Below are positions 45,081 through 55,265 of a stretch of 64,000 bases of DNA, in pieces (positions within the stretch are counted from its first letter, which is position 1; every line of letters begins with the position of its first letter). The stretch comes from an uncultured Nitrospinota bacterium (GTDB lineage: Bacteria > Tectomicrobia > Entotheonellia > J063 > CAVPRW01). The notes beneath the pieces are model-generated. The model did not search any database. It was given only the letters and a program-made list of their open reading frames with translations, and was not told the DNA's origin. Where the stretch lies: NCBI GenBank assembly GCA_963707985.1, contig CAVPRW010000027.1, forward strand, positions 96,001 through 160,000. Direction: 5' to 3'. Both the position numbers and the translations under genes were made by a program.

Positions 45081-45542
45081 TTAGGCCTTGGCCGCGCGCA
45101 GCACGGCGTGTAGAATGCGCGTGTGTGTACCGCAGCGGCACAGGTAATCAGCGAGTCCTTGCTTGACTTGCTCGGGCGTCGGACGCGGGGTCTGCGTGAG
45201 CAGCGCTTTCGTCGCCATGATCATGCCGTTTGTGCAGTAGCCGCATTGGGCCGCCTGTTCGGCCATGAAGGCGGCCTGCACGGGGTCGGGGTGCTCGGGT
45301 GTGCCGAGCCCCTCGATCGTCGTGATCGCGTGGCCGGCGGCGTGCTCGACAGATGTGATGCAGGAGCGCGCGGGTGTCCCGTCGATCAGCACGGTGCAGG
45401 TGCCGCATTGGCCGAGCCCGCAGCCGAACTTCGGACCGCGCAGCCCGAGCCCATTGCGCAGGACGTAGAGGAGCGGCTGGGCGGGATCCCAGGATTCGAC
45501 GGTGACGGCACGGTCGTTGACTCGCAACCGGTATGGCGCCAT
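45081..45542 (-). CDS. (2Fe-2S)-binding subunit (IorA/CoxS-like)
   Basis: KFGCGLGQCGTCTV, QCGYC and LCRCG; GGAG RBS before 45542. Confidence 0.95.
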   Translation of the reverse strand: MAPYRLRVNDRAVTVESWDPAQPLLYVLRNGLGLRGPKFGCGLGQCGTCTVLIDGTPARSCITSVEHAAGHAITTIEGLGTPEHPDPVQAAFMAEQAAQCGYCTNGMIMATKALLTQTPRPTPEQVKQGLADYLCRCGTHTRILHAVLRAAKA

Positions 45543-45572
45543 GGCGCGTCTCCTTTTCGCAGATGAATTCTC

Positions 45573-45771
45573 GGTCGAAGCGCACAAAGGTACGTAAAGT
45601 TTCACAGGCCTTCTCTACGATCAATCATATCACTAAGTTGTGCGATTGGTAACTCTTGGGTTTCATCGTGTTTCCATCGAAATTTTAGGGCGACCATCCT
45701 CTCCTAACTCATTGTAAAATATGATATTTGAAAAATCTGTGAAACTTTACGTACCTTTGTGCGCTTCGACC
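45573..45771. mobile_element. 199-bp MITE-like element
   Basis: Perfect 35-bp terminal inverted repeats GGTCGAAGCGCACAAAGGTACGTAAAGTTTCACAG around an AT-rich non-coding core. Confidence 0.85.
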
Positions 45772-46038
45772 CACAATCGCTCAACCGTATGAGCGCCAAC
45801 TCTCTAGAGATGAGCATCATCAGCGCGAATGTGGATCAATTGGCGCCAAATGACCCCCTGAGTCGCTCCTGAGGTCCACGAGACCTGACCTGTGCAGCTG
45901 TCTCTACTCCACGCTGAGCTTTGAGCGCATGGCGATCCCATCAGGATAGGAGACATAGCCCTGGACGTCATCGTGCATGACCGCGTTCTCACATTCGCTC
46001 AAGAGTGGAATCGTGCCAACCTCCCCGTTGATCATCTC

Positions 46039-46500
46039 CTAAAACCGCCGCAATGTCGCATGACGCTCCGGTGCATCGACCGCCATGGTGATGGCCTCAC
46101 GGCCGAGCACCTGGGCCTCGGAATTGACAGACCCCCAGTCGCTCTGGAGGCTGTCCGGCCGCCAGTTCCAATAGATGTCGTCGCCGATATCGGGCACAAA
46201 GGGCCGGAAGTCATCGATCGCCATCTCGACCTGTTGCTTCACCAGGAGGGTCCTCTTCGGCCTGATGGACATCTGGGGGTCCGGGACGATCTGTAGAATA
46301 ATGCGCTCGAGTTGAGGGGGCTCAAAGGCATGCGGATTGGGCACCAGACTCATCATCCTGCCTTTCTGCCAGTTATCGATCACCAAGGGCCCCGATTCGA
46401 CCGTCTTGGTCTCGAGCCATTTGAGCCCGGTGGGATCGTCGGGGGTCGCATGCGTCAGGATCTCCTTGGCGTGGACCGCGCTGCCACGACAGCGGCTGAT
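46039..46500 (-). pseudogene. fragment of a family 5 ABC substrate-binding protein
   Basis: SGP..I..W..G....L..NP and LERII.QIVPD, then degenerates. Confidence 0.55.
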
Positions 46501-46658
46501 ACCAACCAGAGAAAACCCTGGCAATTCCGCTTGCACACTCACATAGCATAGATGGATGCTCATTTGGGTCAGGGCGGATGCCTCTGACCCCCATACTCCT
46601 TTAAGACTCCTAGCCCACATCATCTCGAAGACAACCCCGGTTGGTGGTATTTCTCGCG

Positions 46659-46775
46659 GGCGAAGTCTCGCTGGCCCACGATGGCGTGCTCTTTCTGGAT
46701 GAACTCCCCGAGTTCCGCCGCCATGTCCTCGAGATCTTGCGCGAACCGCTTGAGGAGAGTCTCACAAGAATAGAA
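46659..46775 (+). pseudogene. comM: internal fragment of comM/yifB (Mg-chelatase-like ATPase)
   Basis: Translates [33 protein letters not shown]; not in the ORF track. Confidence 0.85.
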
Positions 46776-47443
46776 TTTCGCATGTGTGTTTGACCCTGCT
46801 AGGTGGGCAGCACTCACCGCACGACTGATGTAAGCGTAAGACGCTCATTCATCAAGGGAAGCAGCCGTCCTAGAATCGGCTCCACCGTACCCGCCGGGCT
46901 TCACAATGATTAGGACCTCATACTGAATGCGGATCGTGTGCCAGTTCTCCTCAGATGTCAAGCTTTGTTGGCGCGTCTGCTACCCATTTATTCCCACAAG
47001 CCTGCACAGGGACAGTCTTGTGATGTCAGCAAGCATTTGCCTGTCAGCGCCTATTAGGTATGGCTCCATAGCGTCAGCCACGGGCGGATAAGGCGGTCTT
47101 AAACGGATTGGAAGTGGTCTCATCTTTGTTTACGTCAGAGGGGAATGAAACCGACCGTGTTGAATTGGCGTGACTCTATGGATTTTAATACCCTGACTCT
47201 GACGCATCAAAGGCCTCCTCCTCCGCGCCGTGCGGCTGTGGGGGCTCGTCAAGCCGATGTATCCTAGGCAAGGTCAAGTTAACTCCCCACCAGGGTAAAG
47301 GATGTGGGCTCATCGTCGCTTTTGGTGATATTGGTGATAATGGAATGATGGCGGGAGCGGTATCATAGGAGATGATGGCTCATGAACTCCGAACGCTTAT
47401 TTCAGCTATGTCATCTATGCGAATGAAAGGGACTCGAACCGTC

Positions 47444-47953
47444 ATGACCAAGCTCTCGTATATTTCACCAAGGGCAACTGTCAGGGACAGTCCGATTCAC
47501 GGGAGAGGGCTGTTTGCCGTCGCACCCATCGCAAGGGGTGACATCGTGGCGATGAAAGGGGGCTACATTTATGATCGCGCCCTACGCGATACGCTGCAAC
47601 CATAGCTCGGACCCCCTGAAATACCTATCGCCGATGGATTCTTCATCGGCCCGATGACTGAGGACGAGCGCGAAGGAGGGATGATCTTCAGCAATCATTC
47701 GTGCGACCCGAATATCGGCGTCCAAGGTCAGATCATTTTCGTCGCCATGAGAAACATTCAGCCTGGTGAAGAATTGACGCACGACTGGGCCACGACTGAC
47801 GACGAGGCCTACAAGGTGCGATGCCATTGTGGTGCCGGCAACTGCCGAAAGATCATCACAGGGCAAGACTGGAGGCGAAAGGATTTGCAGGAGAAATATC
47901 AGGACTACATGTCCTGGTATTTGCAGCAAAAAATCAGGCAGGATCCTGCATGA
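47444..47953 (+). pseudogene. SET domain protein with in-frame TAG at 47603-47605
   Basis: SPIHGRGLFA, NHSCDPN, GEELT.D and post-SET C.CG...CR all in one frame. Confidence 0.85.
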
Positions 47954-48012
47954 GCGTGGTTCAAAAGGCTAACCACAGATGGCAATAGGCCCGTCGCACA
48001 TTTACCAAGAGC

Positions 48013-48864
48013 GATACTGCTGGCGAAGTCCTCCAGGTACTGGTACGATTGATCGGCATAAGTGATGGCCTTACGAACAGATGAGGAGATGTATCATGCT
48101 TCGCCCGATGTCGATCGAGCCAATCCCTCACGACACGCCACGTGTCGCCTGTGCCGCGTGTCCCCAGGGAAACCGCTATCTGCGACTGGCCGATGCAGGC
48201 AAGACGTGGTTCATCGATGACGCCTTTCGGGTGCTGTTCCCCACCCATGGACAACCCGCGTGGCCACTGTGGCGGCTGGCGCTCACCACGATCCTGCCAT
48301 GTGCCGAAGGGCTCCCCGATCGCCAAGCGGCGCATGCGGTGCGGAGTCGCATTGATTGGAAAGATGGTCTGCGCTTGGAGCGCACGGATCCGGGGTGCAA
48401 GGCGTCGATCCTCCGTGAGTTTCGTACGCGATTGATGGCTGGAACGGCGGCGTATTCCCGCTTTGACACGCGGCTCACGTGGTGCCGCAACCACCAACTG
48501 ATCACAGCCGGATGCCGCCAGCGCACCGATTCGATGCTTATCCTGGCCGCTGTACGGGCGTTGAACCGCATCGAGGTCGTCGCCGAAACGTGGCGGCATG
48601 CCATCAACAGTCCTGCCCAGGTGGCTGCGGCGTCGTTGCGCCCACAATTAGGAATGATGGTTGGACGCTCCTCTCCGCCTTTGATCACCCTCAAGCCTCG
48701 CTCTGGCGACTCCATGTTCCCCCCGTCGACATCCTCCGTCCGGTGTGGGGGCAACATGATTGGCGGGACGGCTCCCAGCATGCCAAGACCCGTCTCACGC
48801 CGTTCGCCCGGCTGATGGTGGATGATGTCGCCGCATCATCCGAGGAGACTTCGCCAGCAGTATC
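48013..48864 (+). mobile_element. internally deleted IS1182-like element, 852 bp
   Basis: Perfect 18-bp IR GATACTGCTGGCGAAGTC; transposase remnants GQPA, DRQAA.AVR.RIDWK, QRTDS and KTR..PFARL. Confidence 0.88.
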
Positions 48865-48926
48865 ATCTTTGATGAGGGGGAGATGCGCCATCCTCCCCTG
48901 CTTAGTACCTTCTAGAGGAGAACGTG

Positions 48927-49481
48927 ATGGCCCGTATACCCCCAGTAACGCGTGAACGTGTGCGCGAGGACCTGCGCCCTATCTTTGACGAAGTCAGCTC
49001 CGGTCCGGGTGGCGTTGGCACTGGACCGATGTCGGTGCTGAAGTATAGCCCGGAGATGTCCCGTCGGGCCATTCCCTTGTTCAATTACGTGCGCAACGAG
49101 TCCAGCTTGCCCCAGAAGGTGCGCGAGTTGGCGATGCTGACCACGGCTCGCGCCAAAGACTGCCCCTATATCTGGAATGCCCATGTCGCACTAGGCCGCC
49201 AGGCAGGTCTGAGCGATGCCCTGCTGAATGCGCTGCGGGACCGCCAGCCGCTGCCGCCGATGTCAGTTGAGGAAGCCGTGGTCATCAAGCTGGGTATGGA
49301 GTTTTTCCAGACCAACCGGGTCAACCAGGACACCTTTGACGTTGCCCTCAAGCAGTTTGGGCCGCAAGGGCTGGTAGAACTGACGACCTTGATAGGGTTC
49401 TACGCCATGCTGGCGTTCAATGCCAACGCTGTGGACCTGGGACTGCCCCACGAGATGACCGAGCCGCCGTTACCGGTATAA
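48927..49481 (+). CDS. carboxymuconolactone decarboxylase/AhpD-like protein
   Basis: RELA.L.TAR...C.Y.W..H...G..AGLS and G..G.VELT..IG.Y. Confidence 0.88.
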   Translation: MARIPPVTRERVREDLRPIFDEVSSGPGGVGTGPMSVLKYSPEMSRRAIPLFNYVRNESSLPQKVRELAMLTTARAKDCPYIWNAHVALGRQAGLSDALLNALRDRQPLPPMSVEEAVVIKLGMEFFQTNRVNQDTFDVALKQFGPQGLVELTTLIGFYAMLAFNANAVDLGLPHEMTEPPLPV

Positions 49482-50018
49482 CTGACGACAACGCATCATG
49501 ACGGGTCGTCTCGATCGGCAGCGCTGCAGGACCATTGAGCCGCCAAGCGGAGGCGCGCGAACAGCTCGGCGGCTAGTTCCGGATCGGCACCAAGGATCGC
49601 CACAAAGCGATCGGCGTCGCCGCACGGATTCCAGGGGCATGCCTGGGCACCGTCGAAATATGGCCGGTCACGGAGGTCGAGGGCCTGCGGACCGATGAGT
49701 GTCCGCGACAGGCGGAAGCCTTCCGCGGAGGGCCCCCTGGGTCCCCCACCATGGACTCATTCAACATGTAGCCCAATTTCTTGGAGTTGGTTACCCTCTG
49801 TTAGACACTTTGGAGGTATTGCCCCGTAACGATTTGACGCACAGCTTGGGCATGACGAAAGCATCGGGCAGTCTTCGTGTGCTTGATGAAGCTCGCTAAG
49901 GGTGGACAGGGCGGCATCGGAAAATTGGAGTTTGAGCGTGCGCCTGAAGATGCTATCTTAAGCAAATCCTCGAAAAACGACGAAGATAAACCTCACAAGC
50001 TGGTGGGGTGACTCTCTT

Positions 50019-51086
50019 ATGGGAAAACTCCTTTCCGGCGTCAATGTTCCAGGAGCTGCTCTCCGTCTGGTCGTGAGCATCATCTTAGCGTACGTGCTGC
50101 TGGAGAGCGCCATCCCCGCCTCTGAGACGCCGTTCATGCTGCTGCAGCCGCCCGCTGCGGAACCGCAGGAGCCTATTACACCCATTCCGCTTTCCCTGGC
50201 TCTTGATCCACAACGGGTCGCCCTCGGCGAACGGCTGTTTCACGATGTGCGGCTCTCTCACGACAATACACGCGCCTGCACCGTGTGCCATCCGATCCAG
50301 CGCGGCGGCATGGACGGGCGGCCCCGTGCCATCACTGCCAAGGGGACCCTCCATCTCCGCAACACCCCGACGATCTTCAACGTGGGGCTCAATGCCGCGT
50401 TTAACTGGGACGGCATGGTGACCACTTTGGAGGCCCATGCTGAGACCATTCTATTGCAACCAAACCTGATGAACACGACTTGGCCGGAGCTCCTGGCCAA
50501 ATTACAGGCCGATGCCGACTACGTGACCCGCTTCAACACCGCCTACGCGGGAGGCCTGACGCCAGCCAGTGTGTTGGATGCCCTAGCCAGCTTCGAGCGC
50601 TCCTTGCTTACACCCAACGCCCGTTTCGACCGCTATCTGCGGGGCGAGCTGCAGGCGCTGACAGCACCAGAGCAGCAGGGGTATCGACTGTTCAAGTCCT
50701 ATGGGTGTGTGGCCTGTCACCAAGGGATGAATATCGGCGGCAACATGTATCAGAAATTCGGCATCTTTGCGGCGCCTGGCGGCATGGACAGCCCTGCTGC
50801 GGTCATCGACTTGGGGCGCTATGTCGTCACCAAGGTGCCGCGAGACCGCGAGGTGTTCCGCGTGCCGAGCCTGCGCAATGTCGCGGTGACTGCCCCCTAT
50901 TTTCACGATGGGCGTGCCTCCACCCTGGAGGGTGCCGTGGAAACGATGGCGAGAGTCCAGTTAGGGAGGACCATCACGCCAGAGGAGATTGGGTTGATCG
51001 TGCAGTTCCTGCATACCCTGACCGGCGAATATCACGGCCGGCCTGTGGCGATATCCGTACAGGAGCACAGTGAGAGGTATGAGTAA
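50019..51086 (+). CDS. di-haem cytochrome c peroxidase family protein
   Basis: Two CxxCH motifs (CTVCH, CVACH), RNTPT.FN and FRVPSLRNVA.TAPYFHDG. Confidence 0.93.
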   Translation: MGKLLSGVNVPGAALRLVVSIILAYVLLESAIPASETPFMLLQPPAAEPQEPITPIPLSLALDPQRVALGERLFHDVRLSHDNTRACTVCHPIQRGGMDGRPRAITAKGTLHLRNTPTIFNVGLNAAFNWDGMVTTLEAHAETILLQPNLMNTTWPELLAKLQADADYVTRFNTAYAGGLTPASVLDALASFERSLLTPNARFDRYLRGELQALTAPEQQGYRLFKSYGCVACHQGMNIGGNMYQKFGIFAAPGGMDSPAAVIDLGRYVVTKVPRDREVFRVPSLRNVAVTAPYFHDGRASTLEGAVETMARVQLGRTITPEEIGLIVQFLHTLTGEYHGRPVAISVQEHSERYE

Positions 51087-53150
51087 CGTGTGGAAGTCTT
51101 TGGCGGTCGTCTCTGGCCTGCTGCTGCTCCTCACCTACTTGCTGATCCAGAGCAGGAGCCCGGACCTGGCGCTGCGGGTACGCATGCAAGAGGCCTTGCA
51201 GACGCTGCAACTGCATGATACGGAGCTGACCCGTGACGTGTTGCTGGCGCGTGCCGGGCTTCTTCCCCATTATGATTCGCTGCCGCGGACCGGGCAGAGT
51301 CTGTCCCGGACTTTGGGGATACTGCGCGCCGAGAGCGCAACGGTCTCGGGCCGGCGGCACAGGAAATGGGCCAGCGCGTCGAGGCCCTGGCGGCCGCGCT
51401 GCACCAAAAGTTGACCCTGGTCGAGTACTTCACATCGGACAACGCCTTGCTGCGGAACTCCTTGACGTATCTCACCTATGCGGGGCAAACCCTGGGCACA
51501 CGTGTCGAGGAGGAGCCGGTGGTGGCGGCAGACATCGCTGCCCTCTCGCACGTGCTGTTGCGGTTCATACACACGCCAGAGCTGAGCGTGGGCAACGAGC
51601 TCGGGGCAGCGCTCCAGCGCCTGTCACAAACTCCCCTCTTCCCGCAGGACTTCCACACGCTGGTCGCCCATGGGCGGCTCATTATGGAGGTCCTGCCGCA
51701 GGTCGATACCCTCTTACGCCAGATCATCGCCGCTCCAACGGCGGCCCATGCCGCTGCCTTCCAGGATGCCGTGCTGCAGTATGCCAACAGGGTCGAGGCA
51801 CGCGCGGAACTGTTTCGGGTGCTGCTGTATCTGGTGGCCGTCATGCTGGTGGGCTACCTCCTCTACCAATTCATGCGGCTGCGGGCCAATGCTCGAGACC
51901 TGCGCCGTGCCAATGCGGACTTACAGCGGGAGATGGGCGAGCGTCAGCAGGCTGTCGGCGCCTTGCGCGCCAGCGAAGAACGCTTCCGTGCCATCACGGA
52001 ATCGGCCAATGATGCCATCATTTCCGCTGATAGCTCGGGACACATCGTCTCCTGGAACACGCGGGCCGAGGCGATCTTCGGTTACACCGCGGAGGAAATC
52101 CTGGGCGCACCCCTCACGCACCTGATGCCCGCACGCTACCATGCGTCCCACGTGCAGCGCTTTACGCAGTGGTCTGATACCGGATCTTCTCGCCTGGTCG
52201 GCACGATGGTGGAGTTTGTCGGCGTGCGCAAAGATGGCGGTGAGTTCCCGCTGGAGATTTCGCTATCGACCTGGTCTACGGCGCAGGGCTACTATGTAAC
52301 AGGCATTATTCGCGACCTCACAGCCCACAAGCAGTTGCAGGAAACGACCCGCCAGCAGAGGATGCAGCTCATCCAGGCGAACAAGATGACCGCCCTGGGC
52401 ACACTCGTGTCGGGCGTGGCGCACGAAATCAACAATCCGAACCAGGTCGTGTTAATGAACTCAGGGGTATTGGCAAAAGCCTGGGATGACGCGGTGGGAA
52501 TCTTGGACACCTACGAGCGCGAAAACGGCACCTTTACACTCGGCGGCTTGCCCTACACCGAGATGCGCGACGCCATTCCTGCACTCGTCGTCGACGTGCA
52601 CGACGGCGCGCGGCGTATCGAGAGAATCATCGACGACCTCAAAGATTTTGCCCGTCCCCGCGTACGGGGCGTGCACACCGACTTGCAGTTGAACGACGCC
52701 GTACAGCGCGCGCTGCGCTTACTGGCGCATCTGATCAAGCAGCACACGGACCACTTTCACGTCGATTTTGCTCAAGGTTTACCGGCTTTGCAGGGGGATG
52801 CTCAGCACGTCGAGCAAATCGTGGTGAATCTCCTGACCAACGCCCTGGAGGCACTGCCTGACAGGAGGCACGGGGTCACCGTGACCACCGCCTTCCACAC
52901 CGCCGAGCGCTGTATGCTGCTTGAGGTACGCGACGAAGGGGTCGGGATTGCGCCGGAGCATCTCGAACGCCTGTGCGATCCGTTCTTCACCACCAAGGAC
53001 GAGAGCGGGGGGACAGGGCTCGGGCTGGCCATCACCTCCTCGCTCGTCCGCGTGCATGGGGGCCAGCTCACCTTTGCGTCCGAGCCGGGCAAGGGCACCT
53101 GCGCACGGGTCATCTTTCCGAGCCCCGAAGAGGCGCAGCCGAGCTCCTGA
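51079..53150 (+). CDS. DAHL-domain / PAS sensor histidine kinase; frameshift near 51348
   Basis: DVL.AR.G....YD.L and F.S.NA.L.NS sensor signatures, PAS domain, H-box GVAHEINNP, and PFFTTK..GGTGLGL. Confidence 0.88.
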
Positions 53151-53671
53151 ACCTTCAGAATAGCCGGCAGTGCGCCACTCTGCGGCGACGCTTGCCGCGT
53201 CGCGGTCCCTTGGGGGGTGCGACAATGGTGGCACCTGCCCCGTCCGTCGCACCCCACGATTGCCTTGCCTCTCAAGACTCCTCGCTGTTTCCGCCTTTTC
53301 CTTGTCGCGTTTTGTCGCAGGGGTGAAGCCCGCCTTTGTGATCCTCAATCTTTTCTAACCCATTGATACTAGAAGCATTCATGGAACCGTAACAACCCGG
53401 CACGGGGGATGCTCTCTACTTCGTTCTGTCCGGCTCGCCTGGAGCCTCCTAGGTGACAGGCAGGTGGCAACTGCACCCCAGCGCCACCACTTGCCTGGCA
53501 GCTTCTCAGGCGTCTAGATCAACGTGAAGCGTCGGCCGTGTACGCGGTACCGGCTGGCATCGGGAGGCCGATGGAACGTCAGCCATCGCGACCAGGAGAC
53601 CACAATGCAGATTCTCAAGATCCCAAACACCTGGAGAGTCACACCGCAGAAAGGAGAGAACGCATAAGAAG

Positions 53672-53839
53672 ATGGCGATCACACAGGCTGAATATCTCTG
53701 GCTTGACGGAGCCGCGCCGGTCCACCGGCTGCGCGCCACGTCTCGCATCGTCGCTTTAGCGGATGGAGTACTTGCCCAGATCGTCCAGGGCAAGGTCGTG
53801 ATCATGTGGATCAACCAAACCATAAAAGGAGAGTTGTGA
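53672..53839 (+). pseudogene. N-terminal stub of a type II glutamine synthetase
   Basis: MAITQAEYLWLDG..P...LR..SRIV behind AAGGAG; unrelated tail ends in TGA overlapping the next ATG. Confidence 0.65.
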
Positions 53840-55176
53840 TGGTACAGCAACGCCTGCAGAGATTCGGTTACGCTGTCGTCATCGGGCTGGTCGTGGCCCT
53901 GGCGAGTACGTTCATGGCCTGTACCTTTGGGGCGCCGATTGGAAGCGACACCCCTGAAGGCATCAATGAAATCCTCAATAAGGCCCCGGTCCGCAGCCTC
54001 TCGGAAGGGGACCGCTGGACGGTCTATGAAGTCCCCGGGAAGATCCGCGTCCAGCACGGCTATGGCTGTGTGAAACAGGGCTATGCCGCCACCGAAGACT
54101 ATGTCGGGTTCCGCATTCAGGACATGGAAGCAGTGCCCCTCGAATTTGGCGACGCCGGCACCATCATCCTGAATGGGTGGGATGCCCAGTACACGAACGG
54201 CGACCACCATCTACTCGGGCTGGGCACGGCGATTTTCAACATCACCGGGACACTCACCCCAACCCAGTTCGAGCTGAGCTGGGAGGCCGGCGGGGTGTTG
54301 AGTGATAACGACGGCAATGACGGCTATAAATGGTGTTACCGGTATACGCTGGTGTTCTGGAAGCGGGGCGCAATTGAGGCCGTGGTACCCCCTCAGGACG
54401 ACGTGTCGACCACATTTGTGGACTCGAATACCGGTCCACCCTTGTACGACATCCACGGGAAATTCACCGATTCGACGTACAAAGGTGGCCCGCGGGTGGT
54501 GCTGCCACGGGGCGTTGGCCTGGTGTGGGGTGATGAGGATCACCATGTGTTACAAGTTGGCTTTGACCTGGGCACCCCTCCCCTGGGAGGCACCACAGTC
54601 CCCACTGGCAATACGATCACCTGGACCTCGCAGACGATTTTGAAGGACAATGATCCGGACAACGCGTACAACGCGGCAGCGCTCGTCAGCATCCTGAGTG
54701 GGCAGGGCGTCGAGATGTGGCAGCCCCGCAGCGTGTTGCACCTGACGGGCATTCCCCCCGCCTGGGTGCAGGAGCCGACCCAGCTGATCCTCCAGCCCGC
54801 CGAGCCAATTTCCTTCGGTCAGGGGTGCATTCTCGACGGGAGTGAGGAGTTCCAGGAGTTTTACTCGGTAGAACGGGTGCCCTACGAGTATGCGATCCCC
54901 GTGCTGACCGGGTGGGATATGCAGTATGACTGTACCGACCATCATGTCGAACGGATCGGGGTCTTCCTGGCCGACTTTGAGTATGTCAAAGCTCCCAACG
55001 CCCCCACCGGGACCCTGCACTATACGATTTTCTCCACCCTGAGGGACGACTCGGATAACGGTCATAACGCGAAGTACAAGGTCAGCGTTCTGGGGTTCAA
55101 CAAACTGGGCGGGGGTCGCCTAAGCCACCTGACAAGACGGCCCCTTCCCCCCAGGCACCCCTCCCGGATGTGTTGA
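53839..55176 (+). CDS. putative lipoprotein with three DHH-containing repeats
   Basis: AGGAG RBS, signal peptide ending FMAC, three repeats of ~110-140 aa. Confidence 0.8.
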   Translation: MVQQRLQRFGYAVVIGLVVALASTFMACTFGAPIGSDTPEGINEILNKAPVRSLSEGDRWTVYEVPGKIRVQHGYGCVKQGYAATEDYVGFRIQDMEAVPLEFGDAGTIILNGWDAQYTNGDHHLLGLGTAIFNITGTLTPTQFELSWEAGGVLSDNDGNDGYKWCYRYTLVFWKRGAIEAVVPPQDDVSTTFVDSNTGPPLYDIHGKFTDSTYKGGPRVVLPRGVGLVWGDEDHHVLQVGFDLGTPPLGGTTVPTGNTITWTSQTILKDNDPDNAYNAAALVSILSGQGVEMWQPRSVLHLTGIPPAWVQEPTQLILQPAEPISFGQGCILDGSEEFQEFYSVERVPYEYAIPVLTGWDMQYDCTDHHVERIGVFLADFEYVKAPNAPTGTLHYTIFSTLRDDSDNGHNAKYKVSVLGFNKLGGGRLSHLTRRPLPPRHPSRMC

Positions 55177-55265
55177 AGAAGTAGTTCCGATCGCGCCGTA
55201 GCCCGCCGTGCCGGGGGGCGCCGCCCCCCGGCTTCATCTCACACAGGATGCTCCAAGGAGACGTC

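Noticed and set aside
45543..45605. Longer N-terminus for the 2Fe-2S protein
   Set aside because: The extension comes from the inverted-repeat element; the RBS supports a start at 45542.
46620..46817. 65-aa minus-strand ORF
   Set aside because: It is the antisense reading of the comM fragment.
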